Shown here: piece by piece, positions 49,178-57,185 of the stretch
Numbering within the stretch: position 1 is the first letter of the stretch
Layout of the letters: every line of letters starts with the position of its first letter
Source of the DNA: Ostreococcus lucimarinus
Lineage: Eukaryota
Length of the DNA: 64,000 bases
Direction: 5' to 3' (one strand)
Assembly: GCA_000092065.1 (NCBI GenBank)
Contig: CP000594.1
The notes under the pieces: generated by a model
Told to the model about the DNA's origin: nothing
Seen by the model: only the letters and a program-made list of their open reading frames with translations
The model's database searches: none
Made by a program: the position numbers and the translations under genes

Positions 49178-50968
49178 CTAGTCCGCTTTGTTGTGGATCT
49201 TGTCGCACTTGTCGAAAGCGTATGCGGCGACGGTACTGCTGACCCCGGACGGATCAAAGACTGATGCGAGCTCAGCTGCCGCGCGGACCGCATCCGTCTC
49301 TGATTCCGCGCTGTTTACGTTTTTCATCGCAGAAAAATAGCCGGTAGTCTTACCAACCGCCTCCATACCTTGGTCGAGACTATTTGCCGCCTTTTTCAAA
49401 GCAGCAAGCTTACTCCCAGCTTCGGCAACGTTAGCACCGGCACGGGCTGCAGCCTTGGCCCCAGTTGTCGCAGCTCCACTACTCCCAGCGGTCGCTACAA
49501 ATGCAATAATTTCCAACGGCCCGAGAATCATATTAGTTACCGCGGAGCCACAAGCGGCGTCATCTTTTGCGGCACCCATACCGCAGTTCACCCACTTCTC
49601 ACCGCTCACTGTTGGAGGTTGGCCCCAGCAAACTGGACCGACGCCATTGTAACCACTGCGACATTTCTTGTAACACAAACCAGCGTCGTACTCCAAACCA
49701 GGAGGACACGTGGCTGCTTCAAAGCCGTGTGAGCAGTATATCTTTTTCGGGCAACTCGGCGCAATTCCATGTGCGTACCCATTGCCGGTGCAAGAAACGC
49801 CGCACAAGTTGCAGCCAATCCGGTTCGGATGACTGCTAGGGCAAGGAGGATAACAAAGTCCAAGACAGTCTTGTCTTCCTTTTCTGCTACAGTGCCTTCC
49901 GCCGCATACGAGTCTTGTCCTCGCGTTCCCCAAAAGGCGTCGACCGTTGGCCGCATGTTCGCCAAGGGTGGATGATGATGATGACCAGTACTCCCAGCCA
50001 CACTGGACGGTACCAACACCACGACCGCGGTTACCTCTGTTACAAAAAAGACCATGATCATTCCAGCCCGAGCCGCAGCGTTGATGGCAGTCGTAGCCAA
50101 ATCTGGCATAATTACCGAGGTGGTGGCATTTGGTATAGCACAAGACGCCCCCTGCAATTGTTTCTTTATTGGAAGGGCAATGAGACGGGACTTTGCCCAC
50201 ATCGCGGCCGTATGAGTTTTTCCAACAGAACTCGACGGTGATGGCGTTCGCAACGACAGCACCCTTCGCATTCGACGCAGCACTTACACCATCACTAAAG
50301 CTGTCCCATTTTCCGCCCAACCGAGCAGATAGCATCGCTTCGTGTACCTCCAATAATGCCTTGTCTTGCTCAATCTCTTCGTGCAGTTTTTGCATATATG
50401 CTGAGACGTTCACTGGCGCCGGTTGCGTCGCACCCTCATCCACCGTGGCCTGCCAAACGAAGTTCGAATGCTCATCATTAGCAAGATTTTCATCGTCACG
50501 CCTGCGCAAATGTTGTTTAAGCATCTTAATTCGTAATAGCGTCGCGTTTCTTCCGCCCTTGGTCGATATGAACATGCCATCCTCGGCTCCTGCCGCATTC
50601 AACCTGGGTTCGGCACCTGGGATCACCTCCCCAGGACCCGCACTCCCGAGCAACGCGTGGACTTCTGGACCGAATTCCATCTCGTCAACGAATTCGTCCA
50701 AGTGATCAGGGAGATCAAATTCACCCTGGATCGAGTGCGCGGACAATCCCAGCAACGCAGACGGCCCTTTCGGTGCACTTTCACGGTACGAGAACGAAAT
50801 CACACCCACAGCAAACAGCACAGCGGCCTGCTTCACGGTACACCAGCCGCATGCCGCCGCTTTTCGCCCTTCACGTTCCTCCGTTTGTTGCCAACTGCGA
50901 GCGCCGTCGTTCGACGAGCCGGGCGCGCCGTATGTCTCACTAATCGCCGCCGCTTCGTACGTCGGCAT
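49178..50968 (-). CDS. Cys-rich membrane protein of unknown function, 596 aa
   Basis: ATG ORF with an N-terminal TM segment (AAVLFAVGVISFSY), a repetitive Cys pattern (..CP.G....G.LCY.KC..GY.GVGPVCW..) and an Ala/Gly-rich C-terminal part. Confidence 0.65.
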   Translation of the reverse strand: MPTYEAAAISETYGAPGSSNDGARSWQQTEEREGRKAAACGWCTVKQAAVLFAVGVISFSYRESAPKGPSALLGLSAHSIQGEFDLPDHLDEFVDEMEFGPEVHALLGSAGPGEVIPGAEPRLNAAGAEDGMFISTKGGRNATLLRIKMLKQHLRRRDDENLANDEHSNFVWQATVDEGATQPAPVNVSAYMQKLHEEIEQDKALLEVHEAMLSARLGGKWDSFSDGVSAASNAKGAVVANAITVEFCWKNSYGRDVGKVPSHCPSNKETIAGGVLCYTKCHHLGNYARFGYDCHQRCGSGWNDHGLFCNRGNRGRGVGTVQCGWEYWSSSSSTLGEHAANGRRLLGNARTRLVCGGRHCSRKGRQDCLGLCYPPCPSSHPNRIGCNLCGVSCTGNGYAHGIAPSCPKKIYCSHGFEAATCPPGLEYDAGLCYKKCRSGYNGVGPVCWGQPPTVSGEKWVNCGMGAAKDDAACGSAVTNMILGPLEIIAFVATAGSSGAATTGAKAAARAGANVAEAGSKLAALKKAANSLDQGMEAVGKTTGYFSAMKNVNSAESETDAVRAAAELASVFDPSGVSSTVAAYAFDKCDKIHNKAD

Positions 50969-51130
50969 AGTTTGTTCCTTTAGTCGAGCGTCGGATTGTG
51001 GCGAAACGGCGGGTGCCCTCGGTCGGTCGGACGGACTTTCGCGGTCGGTCGGACGAGGGGCCCGTTGGCGCCCCGCGGGTGTGTGTACCAGCCCTTAGGG
51101 TTTAATGTATATTAATGTATTTATGGGTAT

Positions 51131-51177
51131 CATCCCGCGCAATTCGAGGGGTAGATTACTGTACTGTACAGTAACCC
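51131..51177 (+). repeat. Partial R1-type module (right part only) at the compositional boundary
   Basis: CATCCCGCGCAATTCGAGGGGTAGATTACTGTACTGTACAGTAACCC, preceded by CTTAGGGTTTA at about 51093. Confidence 0.5.
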
Positions 51178-51222
51178 TCTAGTAGAACACGCTAGGTGAA
51201 ATCAAGCGCCGCGACCGTACGC

Positions 51223-51304
51223 TTATTCTCGTCGGCGTTTGCCGCTGCCGCTGCTACTGCTACTGCTACTGCTACTGCTCGAGGACGAGCTCGAAGACGA
51301 ACTT

Positions 51305-51342
<38 letters not shown>

Positions 51343-51912
51343 CCACGTCGATTCATCCTCGTCTTCATCCTCTCTTAATTCATCCGCAAACTCGCGCGAA
51401 CTGCGCACCAAAGCCTCTTCAAACTGCCGCTGCGCCTCGCTCCGCGCGCCTTCGAATCGAAACACCAACCGCGGCGTGTGTTTCATCGTCAACATCTTCG
51501 ACAGCATCGTCCGTATTTTCTGCGCGTTCCGCTCCAACGCGTTCCCCGCGATGTGTTCCTCCCCCATCCGCGTCGTTCCGTACAGCACGTGCACCGTCTT
51601 AAAATCTTTCGACACGCGCGCGTCCATCACGTTCGCCCCCGTGCCGTCAAACTTGTGCGCCAGCTCCTCGTGCACCACGCGCTTCAGCGCTTTGCGCACG
51701 CGCGCGCTCTGTCGAATCTGCGCCTTGTCCTGATCGATCGTCGTCCGCTCCACCTCGATCGGGCGTCGCGCCGCGCGCGGGCGCCGCGTCGTCGTCCCCG
51801 CGAAGTGCGCGCCGCTCGCCGCGCTCGCCGCGCCGCGCTCGCGCGCGCCCGCGCGCGCCGACGACGCCGTCGCGGTCAGGCGCATCAGCGCTCGCGTCGC
51901 GCGTCGACGCAT
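51223..51912 (-). CDS. RBFA: Ribosome-binding factor A (RbfA)-like protein with organelle-targeting-like N-terminus and poly-D/poly-S tail (229 aa)
   Basis: RVRKALKRVVHEELAHKF...VMDARVSKDFKTVHVLYG...KIRTMLSKMLTMKHTPRLVFRFEG fits the RbfA pattern. Of the 399-aa track ORF, only the part from the ATG at 51912 is plausible. Confidence 0.7.
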
Positions 51913-52008
51913 CGTCGCGTCCCGCGTCGCGTCGCGTCGCGTCCCGAGCGCCGCGATGTCCCGAGCGCCAATCGCCGCCGCGCCGCTCGGCGCCGCGCGC
52001 GGGACGCG

Positions 52009-52887
52009 ATGCCACCGCCGACGCGCGCGACGCCCGCGCGCGGCGCGCCCGACGTCGCCCGCGAGTGGGCGGCCGCGGGCGTCGGGTGCGCGCTCGCGGA
52101 CACGGTGTTCAACCCGCTCGAGGTGCTCAAGGTTCGCGCGCAACAACGACCGGACGCGGTCGCGCTGCGAGCGCTCGCGCGCGAGGCGATCGCGCGCGAT
52201 GGATTCGCGCGGGGCTTGCTCGCGCCGGGACTCGCGGCGACGTGGATGCGAGGGCTGTCGTACACGGGGTTTCGAATCGGGCTGTACCCGACGACGCGGG
52301 ACGAGGCGCTGCGCGTCTTCGGCGGCGACGGCGTCGGCGCGCGAGTGCTCGCGGGGGCGGTCACGGGCGGGATAGGCGCGGTGGTGTTTAATCCGATCGA
52401 CGTCGTGCGAGTGCGGATGCAATCGAGCGAGTGCGGGTATCGAAGCACGGTGGGGGCGTTCGCGGAGGTGGCGAGAGAGGAAGGCGTGAGACGCGGATTG
52501 TGGCGAGGCGCGGGGGCGTGCGTGGCGCGCGCGATGACGCTGTCGGGGTCGCAGTTAGCGACGTATGATGTCAGTAAACGATGGTTGTTGAAAAATGGGA
52601 CGTTTAGCGAGGACGCGCCGCCGTTGCACTTTACGTGCTCGTTCGCGAGCGGCGTCGTCGCGCAAACCGTCACGCAACCCGTGGACACGCTCAAGACGCT
52701 CGTCATGTCCAACGTCGGCGACAAGCGAGGCGCGATGACCATCGCGCGCGATGTCATCGCCAATCACGGCGTTCGCGGGTTATACAGGGGCTACTTTGCC
52801 GCAGCCGCGCGACAAGGTCCAGTCATGACGCTCCAAATGCCCATAGTAGAGGCGCTCAGAAGATTTTTGGGCCTCGAATACTTTTGA
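52009..52887 (+). CDS. Mitochondrial carrier family (SLC25) protein, 292 aa
   Basis: Three carrier signatures of the PxD/ExxK/R type: NPLEVLKVRAQ, NPIDVVRVRMQ and QPVDTLKTLVM. The start is the ATG at 52009, 96 bp from the divergent RbfA start. Confidence 0.85.
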   Translation: MPPPTRATPARGAPDVAREWAAAGVGCALADTVFNPLEVLKVRAQQRPDAVALRALAREAIARDGFARGLLAPGLAATWMRGLSYTGFRIGLYPTTRDEALRVFGGDGVGARVLAGAVTGGIGAVVFNPIDVVRVRMQSSECGYRSTVGAFAEVAREEGVRRGLWRGAGACVARAMTLSGSQLATYDVSKRWLLKNGTFSEDAPPLHFTCSFASGVVAQTVTQPVDTLKTLVMSNVGDKRGAMTIARDVIANHGVRGLYRGYFAAAARQGPVMTLQMPIVEALRRFLGLEYF

Positions 52888-53034
52888 ACTTTCGAGCGCG
52901 CGAGATTCGACGCTCGCAGCGATTCGTTGTATTTATCATCTATTCTTTCAGCGCGCTCGAAGCCTTCCCTCGCGCGTCGCGGTGCCAGAGCGCGGCCAAC
53001 CTCGTCCGTACCTCACACCTCGACGCGCCGAAGC

Positions 53035-53808
53035 ATGCGCGCCGCGACGTCGCCGCGGGTTCGCGCCGCCCTACGGCCGTCGACGCGTCTTTCGCGCGTG
53101 CGCACATCGCGCGCGACTCACACGCGCGCGGAGCCGTCGAAAAGCGAGGAAAAGGCGTCGAAAGACGCGCAAGATGAAGATGACGCGTTCGCGATTGATT
53201 TATCCGTCGACGTCGAAAAGGAGTTCAAACGCGGCCTGGAGTTCGGGAACACTGAAGTGCGCGCGCGCTTCCGCCCAGAGGCGATCTCTGAAGTCGACCG
53301 CGGGTTGCCGATCGCGGATTCGCTCGTCGCGGTGTCCGCGCAGGTGCTCGTGGCGGTGGCGGCGCTCAGCGCGGGAAACATTCCGTCGTGGTTGGCGCCG
53401 ATTGGACCGAGGTGGCGTGGATTAGCGTATTTGTTGCCCGCAATCGTGCATGGGGCGAAATTAGCGAGCGTGTGGGTCGTGGGGGGGCTGGCGGGGAAGG
53501 CGTACGAGCGGAAGGCGTTCGATGGGACGTTTCGGGAGGCTATGCGACGAACGGTGAGCGGCGGATGTTTCGCCGTGGGGCTGCTGATATTTATCACGCA
53601 GATTGAAGTGGCGCATAAGTTTCACGAGTTAGGGTTGGGAGATCCCGTGCTTGAATCGTCGCCCGAGGGTGATTTAGTGATAAATGGAGCACTGTCTGAG
53701 CTTTTGGTTGACATCTTCAGCGAAGCCGGCGCGTTGCTGACGTGGCGAGCGATTAGGTGGAACACGTCGCCGACTGATCCGGCATCATTGCTGGAGGAGG
53801 AAGAGTAG
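53035..53808 (+). CDS. Hypothetical organelle-targeted membrane protein, 257 aa
   Basis: The ORF from the first ATG has an R/S/T/A-rich N-terminus followed by 3-4 hydrophobic helices. No recognisable family. Confidence 0.55.
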   Translation: MRAATSPRVRAALRPSTRLSRVRTSRATHTRAEPSKSEEKASKDAQDEDDAFAIDLSVDVEKEFKRGLEFGNTEVRARFRPEAISEVDRGLPIADSLVAVSAQVLVAVAALSAGNIPSWLAPIGPRWRGLAYLLPAIVHGAKLASVWVVGGLAGKAYERKAFDGTFREAMRRTVSGGCFAVGLLIFITQIEVAHKFHELGLGDPVLESSPEGDLVINGALSELLVDIFSEAGALLTWRAIRWNTSPTDPASLLEEEE

Positions 53809-53887
53809 CGATTAATTGTTGTGATTCGATTCTTGTATTATATTATTTTCAACTTTCAATTCGTGTGTGTGTATTTGAGCGCACGCG

Positions 53888-56425
53888 TCATTCTTCGCCC
53901 CACGCTTGGTCGGCACTGCCCGCGTTCTCTTGGTCTTGTTGCGCGGCGCCTCGCAAGTGAGGCGGAACCCATTTCACCTGGGACGAAGTCGGGCGATCTT
54001 GTTCGTTGGAGATATCGTTTGACGTGGACTTTGTGAACGCACTGTCCATCATGATCTTTCCGGGAGGCTTCGCCGGTGCGGGCGCCTTCTCGGGTTCGGG
54101 TTCGGGTTCGGGCGCACGCCCACCTCCCCTCTTCTTTTCGGCTTTTCGTTTCTCCGACAACAAGTTGCCGCCCGAAAACTCTTCGCGCAACTTGGCTTTG
54201 TAATCGTCGAACGATCCATTGAAAACTTGTACGCTTCCTGGGACCGGAGGATTGGATTTCATGTCGCCCTTCGTGACAATCCAAATTTCATCGACGACGA
54301 GCGAAATGAGACGCTCGTCGTGCGAGACTAACACGACGCCGCCTTCGAAGTTGTTGAGCGCCATGGCAAGTGACTCGATCGTTTCCAAGTCAAGATGGTT
54401 AGTAGGTTCATCCAAAAGGAGAATGTGAGGTTGCTTCCACGCGAGTTCGGCAAATGCTAGACGTGACTTTTGCCCGCCGGACAAAACTTTAATCGGCTTT
54501 GTCGCGAGCTCGCCAGACAGGCCGAATCGACCCAAGTACGCTCGCGCCGTCTCTATAGGCATTTCGCTGTCTAGTCTCTTCATGTGCGCTACGCAATCTT
54601 CCTCCAAGTTCATCGTCTCCAAGTGATGTTGAGAGAAACGCGCTAGCCGAAGCTTGGTGTGACGATTAATCCAACCTTTGGTGGGCAAAATGTCACCCTC
54701 GAGAAGCTTCAAAAACGTCGATTTACCAGCCCCGTTCGGTCCGACGATTGCGACTCGGCTATCCATGTCTAACCCAAAGTCTAAGTTTTGGTACAAGGTT
54801 TGATAGCCTTCGTAACCGAACGCGACGTTCATCACGGAGATGCACGGTGGCGGCAACGGCGACGCGGATGGGAAATTGATGCGTAGATACGGATCATCGT
54901 AATCCACGTCCACCCGCTCGCTCTGTAATTTTTCGAGCATCTTCATGCGACATTGTGCCTGACGCACCATTTTCTTGTGACCTTGCCCAAATCGCTGAAT
55001 GAATTGCTTCAGAGATGACTCTCGCAAACTTTGGTTTCGCTGCATCGCCTCCTCGTTGGCTCGGTGCTCAGCGCGCACCTTGAGGAAGGTATCGTAGGAT
55101 CCGCCGTAGTAGCGCAACTTTTTGTGGTGCAAGAAAATTGTTGCCGTCGTGCAATCGTTCAAAAAGCCGCGATCGTGCGACACGATGAGGACCGTCTTTT
55201 CCCACTTTCGTAAAAACTCTTCGAGCCACGTCAAAGCGTGCACGTCCAAGTGATTCGTCGGTTCGTCCAGCAACAACAAATCCGGCGTCATGAACAGCGC
55301 CGCCGCGAGCGCGATGCGCATGCGCCAACCACCGGAAAATTCTTTCGTCGCCTTCATTTGCTCCTCGGGATCGAAACCGAGACCGCCCAGAATTTGTCCC
55401 GCGCGCGCCGTCGCCGTGTCGGCGTCTATTTCGTCCAGGCGCTCGTACACCTCGTTCAAGTCGATGCCATCGATTTGATCGAGTTCTTCGTCCAACATTC
55501 GCTTCTCTAGATTGAGCAAGTACAGACGCTCGGTGTCGGTCTCCACGACGGTCTGCAACGCGGACCGCTCGTCCGGTGACGCCTCTTGCTCGACGTGAAT
55601 GATGTGCAAAAATTCTGGCAACTTGATGACGCGTTCGGAAATCGCTCGCAACAGCGTCGACTTGCCGCATCCATTTCGACCGACCAAACCGTACTTCGTC
55701 CCGAACACTAACTTCAAAACCCCTTCCTGAATCAACTCATCGCGTCCGCCGTAGAGCTGAATACCGCTGATGTGAATGTCCATGTTACAGTTGGCGCGAC
55801 GATTCGCATCCGGGCCGCTTCGAATGTGAAAGCCCAAATCCTCCGAGCTCAACCGCCCCCCGTTCGCCGCGATTCGCGCCTCCCGCTCCTTCCTCGCCCG
55901 CTCCTCCTTTTTCTTCCTCGCTTGTTCCTCTTGCTCTTGCTTCACGCTCAACATTTTCCTCGTCTTCGCCTTGCCTCGCACGACTTTTTCCTCCGGCAGC
56001 GTCTCGCCGTTCGCCACCCTCTCCCCGTTTTCCCTCGCTCGCTTCACCCTCGCCAGCATCACCCTGTACTGCTGACAGCACTCCATCGCGTCTCGTCCAT
56101 CGACGTGCGTCGCGATCGCCTCCCACCTCTCCTCATCGCTCGTCGCCGCGTCCCTCGCCGCCGACGTCCCTCGCGCTCGCAAGCCCTCCACGAGCGCCAG
56201 GTCCTCCGCCTCGTCCCACGCCCCACCGCGTCGCGCGTCCTCGCGCGTCCGTCCCTCGTCCCGCGTCTCGCCCGCGTCGCCCGCGTCCTCGCGCGCCTCC
56301 GCGCGCGTCGCCTTGGCCGCGTCGCGCGCCGCGCGCTTCGCCGCGAGCGCCGCGCGCTTCGCCTCCTTCTCTCGATTCTTCTGTTCGAGCGCTTCGAGTC
56401 GCTCGCGCTCCTTCCGCGTGCTCAT
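53888..56425 (-). CDS. ABCF-type (GCN20/ABCF3-like) soluble ABC ATPase with a K/E-rich N-terminus containing a SANT/Myb-like segment, 845 aa
   Basis: It has two nucleotide-binding domains and no TM domain. Walker A is GRNGCGKST and GPNGAGKST, the signatures are FSGGWRMR and LSGGQKSR, and Walker B is LLLDEPTNHLD twice. Confidence 0.9.
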   Translation of the reverse strand: MSTRKERERLEALEQKNREKEAKRAALAAKRAARDAAKATRAEAREDAGDAGETRDEGRTREDARRGGAWDEAEDLALVEGLRARGTSAARDAATSDEERWEAIATHVDGRDAMECCQQYRVMLARVKRARENGERVANGETLPEEKVVRGKAKTRKMLSVKQEQEEQARKKKEERARKEREARIAANGGRLSSEDLGFHIRSGPDANRRANCNMDIHISGIQLYGGRDELIQEGVLKLVFGTKYGLVGRNGCGKSTLLRAISERVIKLPEFLHIIHVEQEASPDERSALQTVVETDTERLYLLNLEKRMLDEELDQIDGIDLNEVYERLDEIDADTATARAGQILGGLGFDPEEQMKATKEFSGGWRMRIALAAALFMTPDLLLLDEPTNHLDVHALTWLEEFLRKWEKTVLIVSHDRGFLNDCTTATIFLHHKKLRYYGGSYDTFLKVRAEHRANEEAMQRNQSLRESSLKQFIQRFGQGHKKMVRQAQCRMKMLEKLQSERVDVDYDDPYLRINFPSASPLPPPCISVMNVAFGYEGYQTLYQNLDFGLDMDSRVAIVGPNGAGKSTFLKLLEGDILPTKGWINRHTKLRLARFSQHHLETMNLEEDCVAHMKRLDSEMPIETARAYLGRFGLSGELATKPIKVLSGGQKSRLAFAELAWKQPHILLLDEPTNHLDLETIESLAMALNNFEGGVVLVSHDERLISLVVDEIWIVTKGDMKSNPPVPGSVQVFNGSFDDYKAKLREEFSGGNLLSEKRKAEKKRGGGRAPEPEPEPEKAPAPAKPPGKIMMDSAFTKSTSNDISNEQDRPTSSQVKWVPPHLRGAAQQDQENAGSADQAWGEE

Positions 56426-56563
56426 GCCGTCGTCGAGCGCCGCGCGTTTCGCGTAACGTCGCGTCGCGCGTCCTCGCTCGACGTCGCGATCGCGCGCCGC
56501 GCCGCGCCACGCGCCGACGAGTGCGCGCGACGACGACGTCTCGAGCGATTCGCAATCCGCACC

Positions 56564-57031
56564 ATGACGCGCGTCGTGCGCGGCGTGCGCCTGCGCGCCG
56601 CCTTCGTCGCGCCCGACGTCGACGCCGACGTCCTCGACGCGTCGAGCGATCTCGCGCGGCGCTTCCGGCGACGCCGCGACGCGACGCGCGACGCGCGGTC
56701 GTCGACGCCGTCGCTCTTTTCGTCGTCGACCGACGCCGACGCGCGCGCGATCGCGACGTCGAGCGACGCGCGCGACGCGCGCGACGACGACGCGGTCGAA
56801 CGCAGGGAGGCGGCGATCGCGACGACGCGGGTCTCGAACGCGTGCGATCGCGCGACGGCGGCGCTGGCGGTGGATTTAAGGATCGATCCGACGCGCGTCG
56901 GCGATTTCGCGCGCGGGTTGGAGGAGATGGCGCGGATGGGGTTCGTCGACGACGGGACGTGCGCGGGCGCGCTGGTGCGGTGCGGCATGGACGTCGCGCG
57001 CGCGGTGGAGACGGTGCTCGCGTCGCGGTGA
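56564..57031 (+). CDS. Small protein with a C-terminal UBA-like domain (155 aa), hypothetical
   Basis: Only the last third of the 419-aa track ORF looks protein-like. LEEMARMGFVDDGTCAGALVRCGMDVARAVETVL resembles a UBA fold. The start is the ATG at 56564, 138 bp from the divergent ABCF start. Confidence 0.4.
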   Translation: MTRVVRGVRLRAAFVAPDVDADVLDASSDLARRFRRRRDATRDARSSTPSLFSSSTDADARAIATSSDARDARDDDAVERREAAIATTRVSNACDRATAALAVDLRIDPTRVGDFARGLEEMARMGFVDDGTCAGALVRCGMDVARAVETVLASR

Positions 57032-57185
57032 CGCGCGAACGCGGAGACGGTGACGCGCGCGCGACGATCAGGCATTCGTCATTCGTTGTAACGCACTCGT
57101 AACGAACTCGACATCGCGCGACGCGCGGGCGACGCGCGGGCGACGGCGACGGTGGACGACGACGCGGATCGACGCGCGACGGTCG

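Noticed and set aside
1-51000. An integrated giant virus (prasinovirus/NCLDV) or a complete polinton-like virus or virophage explaining the D5-like helicases.
   Set aside because: No major or minor capsid, PolB, packaging ATPase, VLTF3-like or integrase ORF is recognisable in the six-frame track. The helicase-nuclease cassette is only about 3.7 kb and is repeated as a unit. Remote homologues could still be missed without profile searches.
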